A stretch of 64,000 nt of DNA. It comes from a virus. The translations under genes were made by a program, and so were the position numbers. The stretch is taken from the IMG/VR virus record IMGVR_UViG_3300009964_000001, positions 86,602 to 150,601 of that record, one strand, 5' to 3'. Of this stretch, positions 9,569 to 19,193 are shown in pieces (position 1 is the first letter of the stretch; every line of letters starts with the position of its first letter). A model generated the notes under the pieces. It made no database searches, was not told the DNA's origin, and was given only the letters and a program-made list of their open reading frames with translations.

Positions 9569-10990
9569 ATGAAAGCCAAGAAGCATCAAGTAGGCATGTT
9601 CGATCACATGTTCGAAAAGGGAAAGATCACGTTCTTGTTGGATGGTTATTCCGCAGGTTCATCTGGCAAAGGCAAGTGTGAATCTCTCATCGTAAAGAAC
9701 ACATCGTTCGGCACTGGGGATAAGCGTCTTGCAGTCTGTACCACGAACTCTGCAAATGCATCGCATTGGGTTTATGATGACGGCAAGAAGATGATGTTCG
9801 AAGTACTGCCTTCATCGGCTTATCTTCACGAAAAGCTCGAGTTCGTCGCTATCGGTCATGGTGCATCATTCTCCGTAGAAAGACTCTTCGAGGAAATCAA
9901 GATGAGTGGTCTTCCTCTCGATAAGCTCTTCATCCATCCCAAGGCAGGGATCATCACCAAGATCGATGAAGACTACGAAAAGGGTCTTTGTGATATCGAC
10001 GGCAACTATGGTTCATCCGATCACGATGGTACAATCGCAGGCGGATCTACTTGCTCTGGATCTGGTGCAGTTCGAGCAAAGAAGGTCGTAAGAAACAAGA
10101 CAGTGACTTATGCTTATCAAGTCCCAGAACTCAAGCAGTTCATCTGTGATGTCGAGAAGCGTCTTATGACGTTTATGCTTAACGGAGGATCAGTTCTTCT
10201 ACAGATTGGTCAAGGTTTCCCACTTTCGTATGGTCTCGGCTATAACAAGCAGAACTCAACAAGTCGAAACGTGACGATCAGTGCAGCTTTGGATGACATG
10301 AATCTTCCTCCATTTTTCGCAGGTGATGTTATCTTGAATGGTAGAACTTATCCGATCAAGATCAACAACAAGAAGTATCGTCTTCTCGGTGGGAAGCCAG
10401 TTGTCCGTCTTCACAAGAACTCGGAATCGACACTGAAGTATTATGCTCATAAGCATCTGTTCGACTTCATCGAAGGAGATGATCACGTTTCTATCGTCAC
10501 ACGTAAGGAATTCATTAACTTCTACGAAATGCGTGAGTTCCCCTACCTTGAATACGAGGTTATCGAATCGTTCAGTGGTACTGGCTATTCTCCAATCTGG
10601 AACGAAGAAAGTCACCAGCGAGAAATCACGTGGGAAGATGTCGAAAAGAACTATGGGAAGACGATTCCAGATGATGTAAAGTGCACGTCACTTACCAAGC
10701 TCCCTCGAAGAGTCTTTGAGTTTGATAAGAGCCTTCTGCACGACGGCATTCTCTACAATCTTTCTCCAAATGGCAAAACTCACATTGTCATCAACTTCGT
10801 CAACTGGGTAGATGGTGAAATGGACGGAGAACGTGAGAAGATCACGGAGAAGATAGAAGATTGGCTCTCCAAGAACATGTTCGCAGAAATCGACACTATC
10901 AACAAGCTGGTGGGTGATGAGAAGAAGGTAATACTTTCTGTACTCGGGACTGGTCGTGAATCCGACGACTTTGTCGCTGTAGAAGAGTAA
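9569..10990 (+). CDS. Adenylosuccinate synthetase (PurA)-family enzyme with variant P-loop; PurZ-like candidate
   Basis: Blocks align to PurA: LLDGYSAGSSGKGK (PurA GDEGKGK), NSANASHW (GGHNAGHT), GGSTCSGSGAVRAKKV (GTTGRGIGPAYEDKVAR), QIGQG (EGAQG); 473 aa. Confidence 0.8.
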   Translation: MKAKKHQVGMFDHMFEKGKITFLLDGYSAGSSGKGKCESLIVKNTSFGTGDKRLAVCTTNSANASHWVYDDGKKMMFEVLPSSAYLHEKLEFVAIGHGASFSVERLFEEIKMSGLPLDKLFIHPKAGIITKIDEDYEKGLCDIDGNYGSSDHDGTIAGGSTCSGSGAVRAKKVVRNKTVTYAYQVPELKQFICDVEKRLMTFMLNGGSVLLQIGQGFPLSYGLGYNKQNSTSRNVTISAALDDMNLPPFFAGDVILNGRTYPIKINNKKYRLLGGKPVVRLHKNSESTLKYYAHKHLFDFIEGDDHVSIVTRKEFINFYEMREFPYLEYEVIESFSGTGYSPIWNEESHQREITWEDVEKNYGKTIPDDVKCTSLTKLPRRVFEFDKSLLHDGILYNLSPNGKTHIVINFVNWVDGEMDGEREKITEKIEDWLSKNMFAEIDTINKLVGDEKKVILSVLGTGRESDDFVAVEE

Positions 10991-11017
10991 CTTCTTCTCC
11001 TTCAAGAACAATTAGAA

Positions 11018-11059
11018 AAATGAGGGTCATTGTGACAATAAGCACACAATGACCCTCAT
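11018..11059 (+). terminator. Stem-loop after PurA-like gene
   Basis: aatgagggtcattgtg...cacaatgaccctcatt. Confidence 0.55.
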
Positions 11060-11115
11060 TCTTGTTATAAGATTAATAAAAAACACAAGCCCACACCATT
11101 TCGAAAATCTTCATT

Positions 11116-11517
11116 ATGACAAAAGACGACTGCACAAGCATTAAGAAGATACTACGGATTTCTACGATAGTTTTCTTCGTTATCACAACGATCTACTTCA
11201 TTGTCGCAATTATGCGTATTGCGAACATAGGTGAAGAAAGCAAACCACACGAAATAATCGATTCGTTGAAATACACGAACTCTGTCTATGAACACGATGT
11301 TCGAAAGTTGAAAGCACAGATCGATTCACTTTCCATGCAAAACGAGATCTCTTCAAGAAAGATTGATTCACTTGAAAATGTCGTCGATGTGAAAACGTCT
11401 TCATTACGTAAAGCAGAGAGTGCAATGCGAGCAAAGAAGCTGAATTTCTCCAAAGACGTATTCGAAGTTGAACAAGAACTAAGACAAAACATAGCAGAAT
11501 ATGAAAAGAACAATTAG
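11116..11517 (+). CDS. Membrane-anchored coiled-coil protein (N-terminal TM helix)
   Basis: TM segment ISTIVFFVITTIYFIVAIM then heptad-rich region. Confidence 0.4.
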   Translation: MTKDDCTSIKKILRISTIVFFVITTIYFIVAIMRIANIGEESKPHEIIDSLKYTNSVYEHDVRKLKAQIDSLSMQNEISSRKIDSLENVVDVKTSSLRKAESAMRAKKLNFSKDVFEVEQELRQNIAEYEKNN

Positions 11518-11899
11518 CCTCTCGCTCTTGATACTTCTGTGTTGTACCACCAAAGCGTATTCTCAGAACATAGAAATCTCGAAGAAAGATGCTGTCATAA
11601 TCAACCACATGTTTGATCAACACAAGCAACTTCTGGAGATCTCCGCAATGAAGGATTCGATCATGCAGTCTTTGAGGGAAGTCGTGGACAACAATACACT
11701 CATCATCGAAAACCAACTTGAACAGCTCCGCAAATATGACGAGATGATGATGAAGAATGACACCATTATTTCCAATCATAAGAAGATGGCGGAGATCTAT
11801 GAAAAATCTCTGAAGAAGGAAAGACAGAAGTCAGCATTTTGGAAGTATGTCGGACTTCTTTCCTCTGCAGTGGCGATCACGTCATTTATCTTAAAGTAA
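11501..11899 (+). CDS. Secreted/lipoprotein-like coiled-coil protein with C-terminal TM
   Basis: Signal-like MKRTISLSLLILLCCTT, coiled coil, C-terminal hydrophobic tail. Confidence 0.4.
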   Translation: MKRTISLSLLILLCCTTKAYSQNIEISKKDAVIINHMFDQHKQLLEISAMKDSIMQSLREVVDNNTLIIENQLEQLRKYDEMMMKNDTIISNHKKMAEIYEKSLKKERQKSAFWKYVGLLSSAVAITSFILK

Positions 11900-11938
11900 C
11901 CTCTCCAGAGTGCAGGAAGGTATCTCCCTTGCACTCTG

Positions 11939-13276
11939 ATGTATACGAGAATATTTTCACCCCAATCAAATCAAGAAATGTCAAGGAACGTATCTCCTCT
12001 CGATCACAGGTATGCTGATGTCATACAGAACATGTCGAAAGTCTTTAATTCCGAAAGGTACTACAAGACGATGTGGAATGTAGAAGTCGAATACTTTCTT
12101 TACTTCTTAGAAAAGTTTGTACACCGAGAAGTGGACGGAGACCTCATAAGAAACAGTTGTAAGTTCGACAGTCTTGTCTACAACGAGATAATCTCCGAGG
12201 AAAGTGTAACACGGCACGATGTCAAGGCAGTTATCAATGTCTTACAGAACAAACTGGTCTTCCTTGAGAAATCTCAGAAAATCGAGAAAGTGTCGGTTTA
12301 TGTCCATTTCGGACTGACTTCCCAAGACATTGTTTCGTTATCGATGTCTATTCTCATGTCGGAAGCCATTGAAGTCATTGATCATGTCGTCAACTACACG
12401 GAAGCCATTCTCACAAATCTTCATCGAGAGACGAAGGATGTTTGGTCTCTATCAAGGACTCATGGACAATCTGCAGTTCCCCATCTTTTGAAAGACGACG
12501 TTTATAAGTGGAGGTACGATGTCTTGAAGTTTAGACGGCATATTGTCTATGATGTAGTCAAGTTCTCTGGGGCAGTTGGTAACAACTTCGCAATTTCGAG
12601 ACTTTTCAACATGGACGCTCGGAGAGTTGCGGAACTCATGGATTCGTTTGTGAAGAAGTTCGGAAGATTCACTGTTAGTGGAGAAGAATCGACACAAACC
12701 GACAGATGGGAATCGTTCTGTCAGAGATTTTCTGATTGGAATCTGGCCATTTCAAGGATCATCAGTGATGTGCAACAGATCTGGCAAATGTGCTCGGATG
12801 GTTATTTCAAACTGAAAGTGGACGATGGCTATTGCGGATCTTCGGCAATGCCACACAAGATCAACCCTATCAAGTTTGAAAACGCAGAAGGATGCTTCTG
12901 TAGATGTCAGAAAGACTTCGAGTTTTATATTAGTAAGTTATCGAAGTCAAGAATGCATCGTGATCTGTCGGATTCAGTGGTTATAAGAATGATCCCCGAG
13001 ACGTTGTCTTATCTTTATCTTGGATTCTCGTCGTTTGTAAGTGGTCTGAAAGCACTTGAGGTGAATACCGAGAAGATAAAAGACGACCTCGAAGAGAACT
13101 ATCAAGTGTTCTCCGAAATCGTACAGCTCTATCTGAAGTTGAAGGGAGATGAAGACGCATACGAAGAATCAAAGCGTGTGTTTAGAGGAAGCTCGATGAC
13201 ACTCTACGACTTCAAGAAAGCTATCAAAACTCTCGGTATTGAGTACGATGAAATCAAGAAGTTTATAGAACTTTAG
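11939..13276 (+). CDS. purB: Adenylosuccinate lyase
   Basis: Fumarate-lyase signature GSSAMPHKINPIKFENAEG (E. coli PurB GSSTMPHKVNPIDFENSEG); 445 aa. Confidence 0.85.
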   Translation: MYTRIFSPQSNQEMSRNVSPLDHRYADVIQNMSKVFNSERYYKTMWNVEVEYFLYFLEKFVHREVDGDLIRNSCKFDSLVYNEIISEESVTRHDVKAVINVLQNKLVFLEKSQKIEKVSVYVHFGLTSQDIVSLSMSILMSEAIEVIDHVVNYTEAILTNLHRETKDVWSLSRTHGQSAVPHLLKDDVYKWRYDVLKFRRHIVYDVVKFSGAVGNNFAISRLFNMDARRVAELMDSFVKKFGRFTVSGEESTQTDRWESFCQRFSDWNLAISRIISDVQQIWQMCSDGYFKLKVDDGYCGSSAMPHKINPIKFENAEGCFCRCQKDFEFYISKLSKSRMHRDLSDSVVIRMIPETLSYLYLGFSSFVSGLKALEVNTEKIKDDLEENYQVFSEIVQLYLKLKGDEDAYEESKRVFRGSSMTLYDFKKAIKTLGIEYDEIKKFIEL

Positions 13277-13293
13277 AGATTCACAAAACTCGT

Positions 13294-13345
13294 CGGTGAA
13301 GTCCTTTTGTTGGTGGTTACATAACAAAAGGACTTCACCGTTTTG
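13294..13345 (+). terminator. Rho-independent terminator after purB
   Basis: cggtgaagtcctttt...aaaaggacttcaccg + TTTTG. Confidence 0.6.
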
Positions 13346-13984
13346 TATATGGACTACCAACTCGTAATACCTTCACTAAAGCCAATATCTTACCAGTCAT
13401 TAGAAGCAAAGCAGACGATAAGGATTGATGATGAAGAAATCATCGACCTTTGTTCTGAATCGTTCTCAAAGACTGTTCCTATGGACTACACTTTACAGAT
13501 ATCGACGATTTCTGAAGATTTGAGTGGTAGACCTCATCTTGTCTCGAGGATTCTTATGGGATCAGAAGACGACGGAGATATCTTGATGCATTACAACCAC
13601 ATCTCGAATCCTTATTCAATGGATGGGACTTTCACATTCATAACACCAAACAGACAGACAGCAGTTGAAGCTATCAAGAAGTCAGCATCCTCTTCACAGA
13701 AGGAGAACGAATCTCAAGTAGAACTCAACAAGACTGTTGCGGAAAAGGATAAGAAGAGGATAATGGAACTCATAAGACAGTCCAATCCTCAGATGGTTTC
13801 GGAATCCACAACGCCAATCAGAACAACGAACATGACAACGAAGCCACAGACGGAAGAAAAGGATGGTGAAATCGTGTTTGGTACAAACGTTGTGTCGAAG
13901 AGATGTTCTGGTGACCTCTCTTCGACACAATCAAGAACGGAGATGATAAGAAGAACTATCCGTTCAATGGCTATTAAATCATAA
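13343..13984 (+). CDS. Hypothetical protein
   Basis: ORF only. Confidence 0.4.
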   Translation: MYMDYQLVIPSLKPISYQSLEAKQTIRIDDEEIIDLCSESFSKTVPMDYTLQISTISEDLSGRPHLVSRILMGSEDDGDILMHYNHISNPYSMDGTFTFITPNRQTAVEAIKKSASSSQKENESQVELNKTVAEKDKKRIMELIRQSNPQMVSESTTPIRTTNMTTKPQTEEKDGEIVFGTNVVSKRCSGDLSSTQSRTEMIRRTIRSMAIKS

Positions 13985-13990
13985 TAGCCG

Positions 13991-14470
13991 TTATTTTCCT
14001 TCTTCTTTCCAGAGTTCCTTTATTATTCCTTCGGAGAGGATCTCTTTTGCTTCATCCTCATCAAAAGAAAGCTCAACGATGTCTTTCACGACATCTTCTT
14101 TGGGTATGTTGTAAGATTGGGATAGGAAGTCGATGATGCTCTCGGGGATCATGTCGATTTCGACAGAAATGTTGAAAGAGATCTTTGACTTTACGCCATT
14201 CTTCACGATACCTATGACTTCATTCGGGAGGTTTAGCTTTCTTGGAGGAAGCTTGATGGCGTGAGATTCGTCACCACTTTCATAGATCATCATCTTCTGC
14301 CCATTGTTGTCTTCCTCTCCAGTTTCGTTTCTATGAAGCACTATCGTCTGACGAGGTTCTTCGTTTACAACCTCTCTTATATGTTCAGAAGGTGTCGTGA
14401 TTGGTATTCCGTTTTCATCAACTTCTAACGTGCTGTAGACATCCCACGCTTTGCTATTATTCTCTTCCAT
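13991..14470 (-). CDS. Hypothetical acidic protein (only sizeable minus-strand gene in this block)
   Basis: 159-aa ORF with clean intergenic boundaries. Confidence 0.45.
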   Translation of the reverse strand: MEENNSKAWDVYSTLEVDENGIPITTPSEHIREVVNEEPRQTIVLHRNETGEEDNNGQKMMIYESGDESHAIKLPPRKLNLPNEVIGIVKNGVKSKISFNISVEIDMIPESIIDFLSQSYNIPKEDVVKDIVELSFDEDEAKEILSEGIIKELWKEEGK

Positions 14471-14548
14471 ATTGATTGATCTTTCTTACTGGTTTCTTTT
14501 CTTATACTTTTAAATAATGAGAATTTTTGATCAAAAAAGAAACGAAAC

Positions 14549-15064
14549 ATGTTTGAACTTAGTAATATCAAGATCACAAAGTCTAAGGTCGATGAGAAAA
14601 GCATCGAATCTAACGGCTTTTGGTTTACACCTGTCAATGGTGAATTCAACACCGATGGTGTTGTAGAATTTATAACGAGTGAACTTGAAAGCCCTAAGTG
14701 GCTTGATGGTAAGACATTCTCATCTCTTAATCATCTCTTCGTCACGGAATCACAGACGAATCTCTTCATGGCTCTGTGTCCGTCTGTAGTCATTGATGGT
14801 TATTCGTTTGAACTGAAGTACAACCGCATCCTCGGTGGTCATCAGCTCCATGCCATAAAGGTAGAAGGTGAAGATATCGAAGAAGAACAGACTGAAACGG
14901 AAGATGCAAAGGAAGCAGAAGCCGTTAAGGAAACTGCAGAAGAAGCTAAGGAAAAGGAAGAAGAGACTGTAGAAGAATCTAAGGAAGTAGAAGAAAAGTC
15001 GGAAGAAAAGGTAGAAGAACCAAAGGAAAAGAAGACTACCGCACGCAAATCGACGAAGAAGTAA
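14549..15064 (+). CDS. Hypothetical protein with E/K-rich low-complexity C-terminal tail
   Basis: ORF; KEAEAVKETAEEAKEKEEETVEESKEVEEKSEEKVEEPKEKK tail. Confidence 0.45.
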   Translation: MFELSNIKITKSKVDEKSIESNGFWFTPVNGEFNTDGVVEFITSELESPKWLDGKTFSSLNHLFVTESQTNLFMALCPSVVIDGYSFELKYNRILGGHQLHAIKVEGEDIEEEQTETEDAKEAEAVKETAEEAKEKEEETVEESKEVEEKSEEKVEEPKEKKTTARKSTKK

Positions 15065-15186
15065 AAATCTCGTCGGTTTTGTTGATTGATTTGATTGATT
15101 AGTTTGAGGTCGCTATGTCGAGAAGATATGGCGACCTCGTCATATATAAGAATACCACAAATCAGTCATATTGATAACAATAAAAA

Positions 15187-15645
15187 ATGGATGAAAAAGT
15201 AAAAGAATACGAGCAATTTGTCGTTTCTTGCTTCAACGAGAATCCTACAAATAACAAGGTTCTCGACTTCATTCACATGACAATGGCACTTATGTCAGAA
15301 TCTGGTGAATTTGCTGATATAGTCAAGAAGGCGGTGTTCCATTCTAAGGAGATCTCGAAGGTTGATCTTGTAGACGAACTCGGTGATGTTCTGTTCTATT
15401 TCATGAACATTTGTCATTTCCTTGGTGTCACGATTGATGATGTCATGGAAGCAAACCTCATCAAGATCCGTGAAAGATATCCCGAAGGTCGTGGTAAGAA
15501 CTATAACTTCGGTACACGTAATAAGGCAGAAGAAAAGAAGAGAATAGAACAATTCTTGATGAAGATAAAGCAAGACGTGTCAATCGATATCAATATCAGC
15601 CAAATCAGCGGACATCAACATCAGTCTCAACACATAGGAAAGTAG
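15187..15645 (+). CDS. mazG: MazG-like nucleoside triphosphate pyrophosphohydrolase
   Basis: ESGEFADIVKK...ELGDVLFYFMNICHFLGVTIDDVMEANLIKIRERY matches MazG/NTP-PPase helix motifs (E..E...E..D). Confidence 0.8.
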   Translation: MDEKVKEYEQFVVSCFNENPTNNKVLDFIHMTMALMSESGEFADIVKKAVFHSKEISKVDLVDELGDVLFYFMNICHFLGVTIDDVMEANLIKIRERYPEGRGKNYNFGTRNKAEEKKRIEQFLMKIKQDVSIDINISQISGHQHQSQHIGK

Positions 15646-15647
15646 CC

Positions 15648-16475
15648 ATGATTCTTGTAACAATTCGGAACATCAACATAGAAGCATTCATCAGCTTCTT
15701 CAACGATATAGACATCAAGTCTAAGCAGGTGATTGATATCTACAAAACAGAAGATGGAAAGCATGAGATCGTCTCTCGTGGTCACACAATCACACGTGAC
15801 TTCGTGAAAGTCGTAGAATCAGACTTCGACGTAATGTGTCAAGAGATTGTCTCAAAGTCGGAATACAGCCACATCAAGATTCCGTTCATTGAAATCAAGA
15901 AGTTTGTGGAACTTCTAAAGATCTACACCGATGATGAGCAAGTGAACATCAATCTTTCGTGTGATGAAAAGGGAGAATCGCTTGTTGTGGTGAAACTTGA
16001 AGTGAAATCCAAGAGAAAGTCTTCGAGAATGCCAATGGCGGACATTTCTCTTGTTCCATATCTTCAGAAGGACATCTGGGAAAATCTGCTCCAAAGCACA
16101 GAAAGACTGTCATTCTTCGGTCTGTCTCAGAATGATGTCGTGGACGTGAAGAAGCTGATGAAGTATGCTTCGGAATCACAGGCATCAGCAAAGGTCAAGG
16201 AGATCTCAAAGTTTAGAGTGAAGTTCGAAGATGGACAGACCACGATTATGTCATATGAAGATCGATGGAACATTGACATCCCAACAGATGGTTCATTCAC
16301 TGGGGATTTCGTCTTCCCTGCTATTCTCTTCAAGCATCTCTCTTCAACGAACGTCTATAATTGCTCGTTCGTGAAAGCAATGGGTCGTGATACCAAGTTC
16401 CTAATCGTCTCGAATGAAACATTGAGAACCACGTGTGTTGTTATCGCAGAAAAATTCGATATCAACAAAAAATAA
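15648..16475 (+). CDS. Hypothetical protein immediately upstream of terminase (small-terminase position)
   Basis: Position only; no Walker A; 275 aa. Confidence 0.4.
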   Translation: MILVTIRNINIEAFISFFNDIDIKSKQVIDIYKTEDGKHEIVSRGHTITRDFVKVVESDFDVMCQEIVSKSEYSHIKIPFIEIKKFVELLKIYTDDEQVNINLSCDEKGESLVVVKLEVKSKRKSSRMPMADISLVPYLQKDIWENLLQSTERLSFFGLSQNDVVDVKKLMKYASESQASAKVKEISKFRVKFEDGQTTIMSYEDRWNIDIPTDGSFTGDFVFPAILFKHLSSTNVYNCSFVKAMGRDTKFLIVSNETLRTTCVVIAEKFDINKK

Positions 16476-16495
16476 GATAGATAACAATTTATAAG

Positions 16496-17638
16496 ATGAA
16501 TGAGGGTGTGCAAACTTTTGTGCATCCTCATTCATCTGTATTTTTCAAAGACTTCATGCGATACATTCTCGACAAACTGATAATAATCTTGACGATAATA
16601 CGATACAAACTTTGGAGATTTCCAATAAACGATGACGGAATAATTGATTCAGTCGTGCTTGATAACCACGAAACACTCACTATAAACGGTTGGAAGCCAC
16701 TTTCTTCAGTACACCTAAAAGCTGTTCATGACATTGTGGAAGTTGGTGCAGGTGAGTACAAGGTAAGTGGTTCTGTCAATCACCTCGTCTATTCTTCCAA
16801 GAACACGCTTGAAAGCTATCAGCCCACGAAAGTGAAGGATCTCTCTTTAGGTGATATCTTGATGACGATGGATGGTGCTCGCAAAGTCTCTTCACTCAAG
16901 AAGTCTCATCAGCAGATCGTGTTTGATTTATCTGTCGTGGATGAGACTTTGTCATATTTCTCGGACGGAATACTTTCCCACAACTCTGTAATGAGTGGTA
17001 TTTTTATTGCGTGGTACATCTTGACTAACTACGACAAGACCGTTCTTTGTACTAGTGCTAATGCAGACAAGGTCGATGAGCTTGTTGACAAGATTAACTC
17101 GATCTTCATGCATCTTCCGTTCTATATGAAGCTCGGGATTGAAGTTGATAATGTATCCAAGAAGAAATGGGACAACGGTTGCAAACTGATAGGTGAAACA
17201 GCGACTGAGAACTCTGGTGCAGGTGAAACCGCAGACCTCCTTTATGCTGACGAGTTTGCACTTATCGAACCTAACATAATCAACGAGTTCTTCCGTGTAG
17301 TTTATCCTACACTTTCGGCAAGTAAGAAATCGAAGATGATAATTACCAGCACGGCAAGAGGTATGAACAAGTTCTATCAGCTTTATCAAGATGCGCTTGA
17401 TGGTAAGAACAATTTCAACCCAATAAGAATCGACTGGTGGGAAGTAGAAGGCAGAGATGAACAATGGAGACTTGATCAGATAGCAGACCTCGGTTCTGAA
17501 GCAGACTTTAACCAAGAATACGGTAACTCGTTCATGAGCGGATCAACACTTCTTCTCTCCACTGCTGTCCTCAAGAAACTCGGGAAGTATCAGAAGAAGT
17601 TCGTAAATGGTGTGTTCTCGAATGACGGTTCTTTGTGA
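16496..17638 (+). CDS. Terminase large subunit, ATPase-domain fragment (gp17-like) preceded by intein-like Hint module
   Basis: After ...GILSHN|S the sequence aligns to T4 gp17 from residue 168 (SVMSGIFIAWYILTNYDK ~ TVVAIFLAHFVCFNKDK), Walker B LLYADEFA, C-motif IITSTARG; segment upstream of the P-loop is absent. Confidence 0.75.
   Translation: MNEGVQTFVHPHSSVFFKDFMRYILDKLIIILTIIRYKLWRFPINDDGIIDSVVLDNHETLTINGWKPLSSVHLKAVHDIVEVGAGEYKVSGSVNHLVYSSKNTLESYQPTKVKDLSLGDILMTMDGARKVSSLKKSHQQIVFDLSVVDETLSYFSDGILSHNSVMSGIFIAWYILTNYDKTVLCTSANADKVDELVDKINSIFMHLPFYMKLGIEVDNVSKKKWDNGCKLIGETATENSGAGETADLLYADEFALIEPNIINEFFRVVYPTLSASKKSKMIITSTARGMNKFYQLYQDALDGKNNFNPIRIDWWEVEGRDEQWRLDQIADLGSEADFNQEYGNSFMSGSTLLLSTAVLKKLGKYQKKFVNGVFSNDGSL
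16634..16984 (+). mobile_element. Mini-intein (Hint domain, about 117 aa) at terminase P-loop site
   Basis: Block A-like IIDSVVL, block B SGSVNHLVYS, block F VFDLSVVDETLSYF, block G GILSHN followed by Ser; no canonical Cys/Ser at position 1. Confidence 0.55.
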
Positions 17639-17679
17639 TGAAAATTGCACAGGTTTTTAATTTATAAAAATTAAAAGAT

Positions 17680-18507
17680 TTGCGGAAAATGGTAGAAGAT
17701 GTTCTCCTTGAATACGACCAGTACTTTTTCATACACCCCAACTTTGAACTTCAGTGGTTTAAAGATGAGCGCAATGCGTTCGTTCTATCAATAGACATTG
17801 CAGAAGGTAAAGGAGGTGACTACACGATCATCAACTTCTTCCAAGTCCTCCCAATGACACCTTCGGAAATTGAAGGTGTGAAAATCTTCAACGACGAAGA
17901 ATCATTCTTCAAGCTGGTGCAGGTTGCCATGTTTAGATCGAACATGGTAGAAACACCAGAATGTGCAAATTGGCTGTATCATTTCATAAACGGTTACATG
18001 ATACAGGACAACTTGAAGATCGTTATCGAGAACAACTTTGAAGGGAACTACTTCCGAAACACACTAATGAACATTTATGGAGAGCAGAATGAACTCGATG
18101 AAGATGTCATATTCTGCAAGTTTCTCTATAATGCTCGAGATGATAATGCTCGAACTTTCAGAGTCGGGATTTATCAAACAGAACCCCGAAAGCAACATTC
18201 TTGTAAGATATTCTCCGATCAACTGAAGAATAACCAGCTTGTTCTTACTGAGTTTATGACAATCCAAGAAGCTATGACCTTTGCACGATCAGAAAAATCA
18301 TCTTCATATCGTGCAAGCTCTGGCCATGACGACTGTGTTATGACGTGTGTCAACGTTGTAAACATTCGAGATATTGAAGAATGGTCAGAACTCGTGGAAA
18401 TTGTCAGTGAAAATTGCACAAACGAGTTTTGGAAACTGGTCGACAAGAAGCTCGGGAAACAAGCCGAAAGAAATGACGAACTCGACATATCAGACTATTA
18501 CGATTAA
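17680..18507 (+). CDS. Terminase large subunit nuclease domain (separate ORF)
   Basis: FVLSIDIAEGKGGDYTIINFF (gp17 [21 protein letters not shown]) and SSGHDDCVMTCV (gp17 GYHDDLVMSLV) RNaseH-like nuclease motifs. Confidence 0.75.
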   Translation: MRKMVEDVLLEYDQYFFIHPNFELQWFKDERNAFVLSIDIAEGKGGDYTIINFFQVLPMTPSEIEGVKIFNDEESFFKLVQVAMFRSNMVETPECANWLYHFINGYMIQDNLKIVIENNFEGNYFRNTLMNIYGEQNELDEDVIFCKFLYNARDDNARTFRVGIYQTEPRKQHSCKIFSDQLKNNQLVLTEFMTIQEAMTFARSEKSSSYRASSGHDDCVMTCVNVVNIRDIEEWSELVEIVSENCTNEFWKLVDKKLGKQAERNDELDISDYYD

Positions 18508-18511
18508 ACAT

Positions 18512-19162
18512 ATGGACAAAACAACTACTAACAATGTCTCATCGAAGGCGAAGATAGAAGATGAACAGCAGGAGGAGGACATGCTCTTCATACCACAGTC
18601 CAAGACTGGAGGTAACATGTATAAAGAGAACTCTTGTGGTACTTCTTTCTCTGCTGATCAAGATTATCAAGATCAATTCCTTGATGACATTTATAACCCA
18701 GATGAATACAGAACAAGACAGAACTTCTGTGAAAAGTTCTATTCATCTTTGCAGTCGATCATCAACAAACATAAGCGATTCTCGTATATACGATCGTTCG
18801 ATATGAATCACGTGAGATGTGGCGACAACGTTTGCCACCTCGATAAAACATCACCATTTATGATAAACTTTGTACTTCATAATGGTGATGTTGTTGTATC
18901 TGACGATTCTTGTACTTTCTCTCGTGAAGATAAGAGTCATCTGAAGCCATACGAAAAACTGATGAACTCGTTCTTCAAGAATGATCGTTCTGATCTTTAT
19001 GATGTCGTCTATCGGAAAATGGTCGATTTCGATTTCGATCATAAGCTCTATTTTTGCATCTATTGCGAATATTTCAAGATAACAGACCATGAAGCGTTTT
19101 TTGATTCTCTTCCAAAGTTCCACCAAGACAACATAGAACGAATGTATAGACGGAGACGATAA
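18512..19162 (+). CDS. Hypothetical Cys-rich protein (track ORF 18374..19162; start moved to first ATG after terminase stop)
   Basis: ORF; several C/H residues. Confidence 0.4.
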   Translation: MDKTTTNNVSSKAKIEDEQQEEDMLFIPQSKTGGNMYKENSCGTSFSADQDYQDQFLDDIYNPDEYRTRQNFCEKFYSSLQSIINKHKRFSYIRSFDMNHVRCGDNVCHLDKTSPFMINFVLHNGDVVVSDDSCTFSREDKSHLKPYEKLMNSFFKNDRSDLYDVVYRKMVDFDFDHKLYFCIYCEYFKITDHEAFFDSLPKFHQDNIERMYRRRR

Positions 19163-19193
19163 GAAAGAGGACAAAAAACAACAACATAGAGAA

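Noticed and set aside
11116-11899. Spanin pair (i-spanin/o-spanin) assignment for the two coiled-coil membrane proteins
   Set aside because: Topologies are compatible, but there is no adjacent endolysin/holin and no clear lipobox Cys spacing. Too speculative to call.
14549-15064. DGKT in 14549..15064 as the missing terminase Walker A / N-extein
   Set aside because: The flanking sequence has no gp17-like Q motif or ATPase blocks and continues into an E/K-rich tail.
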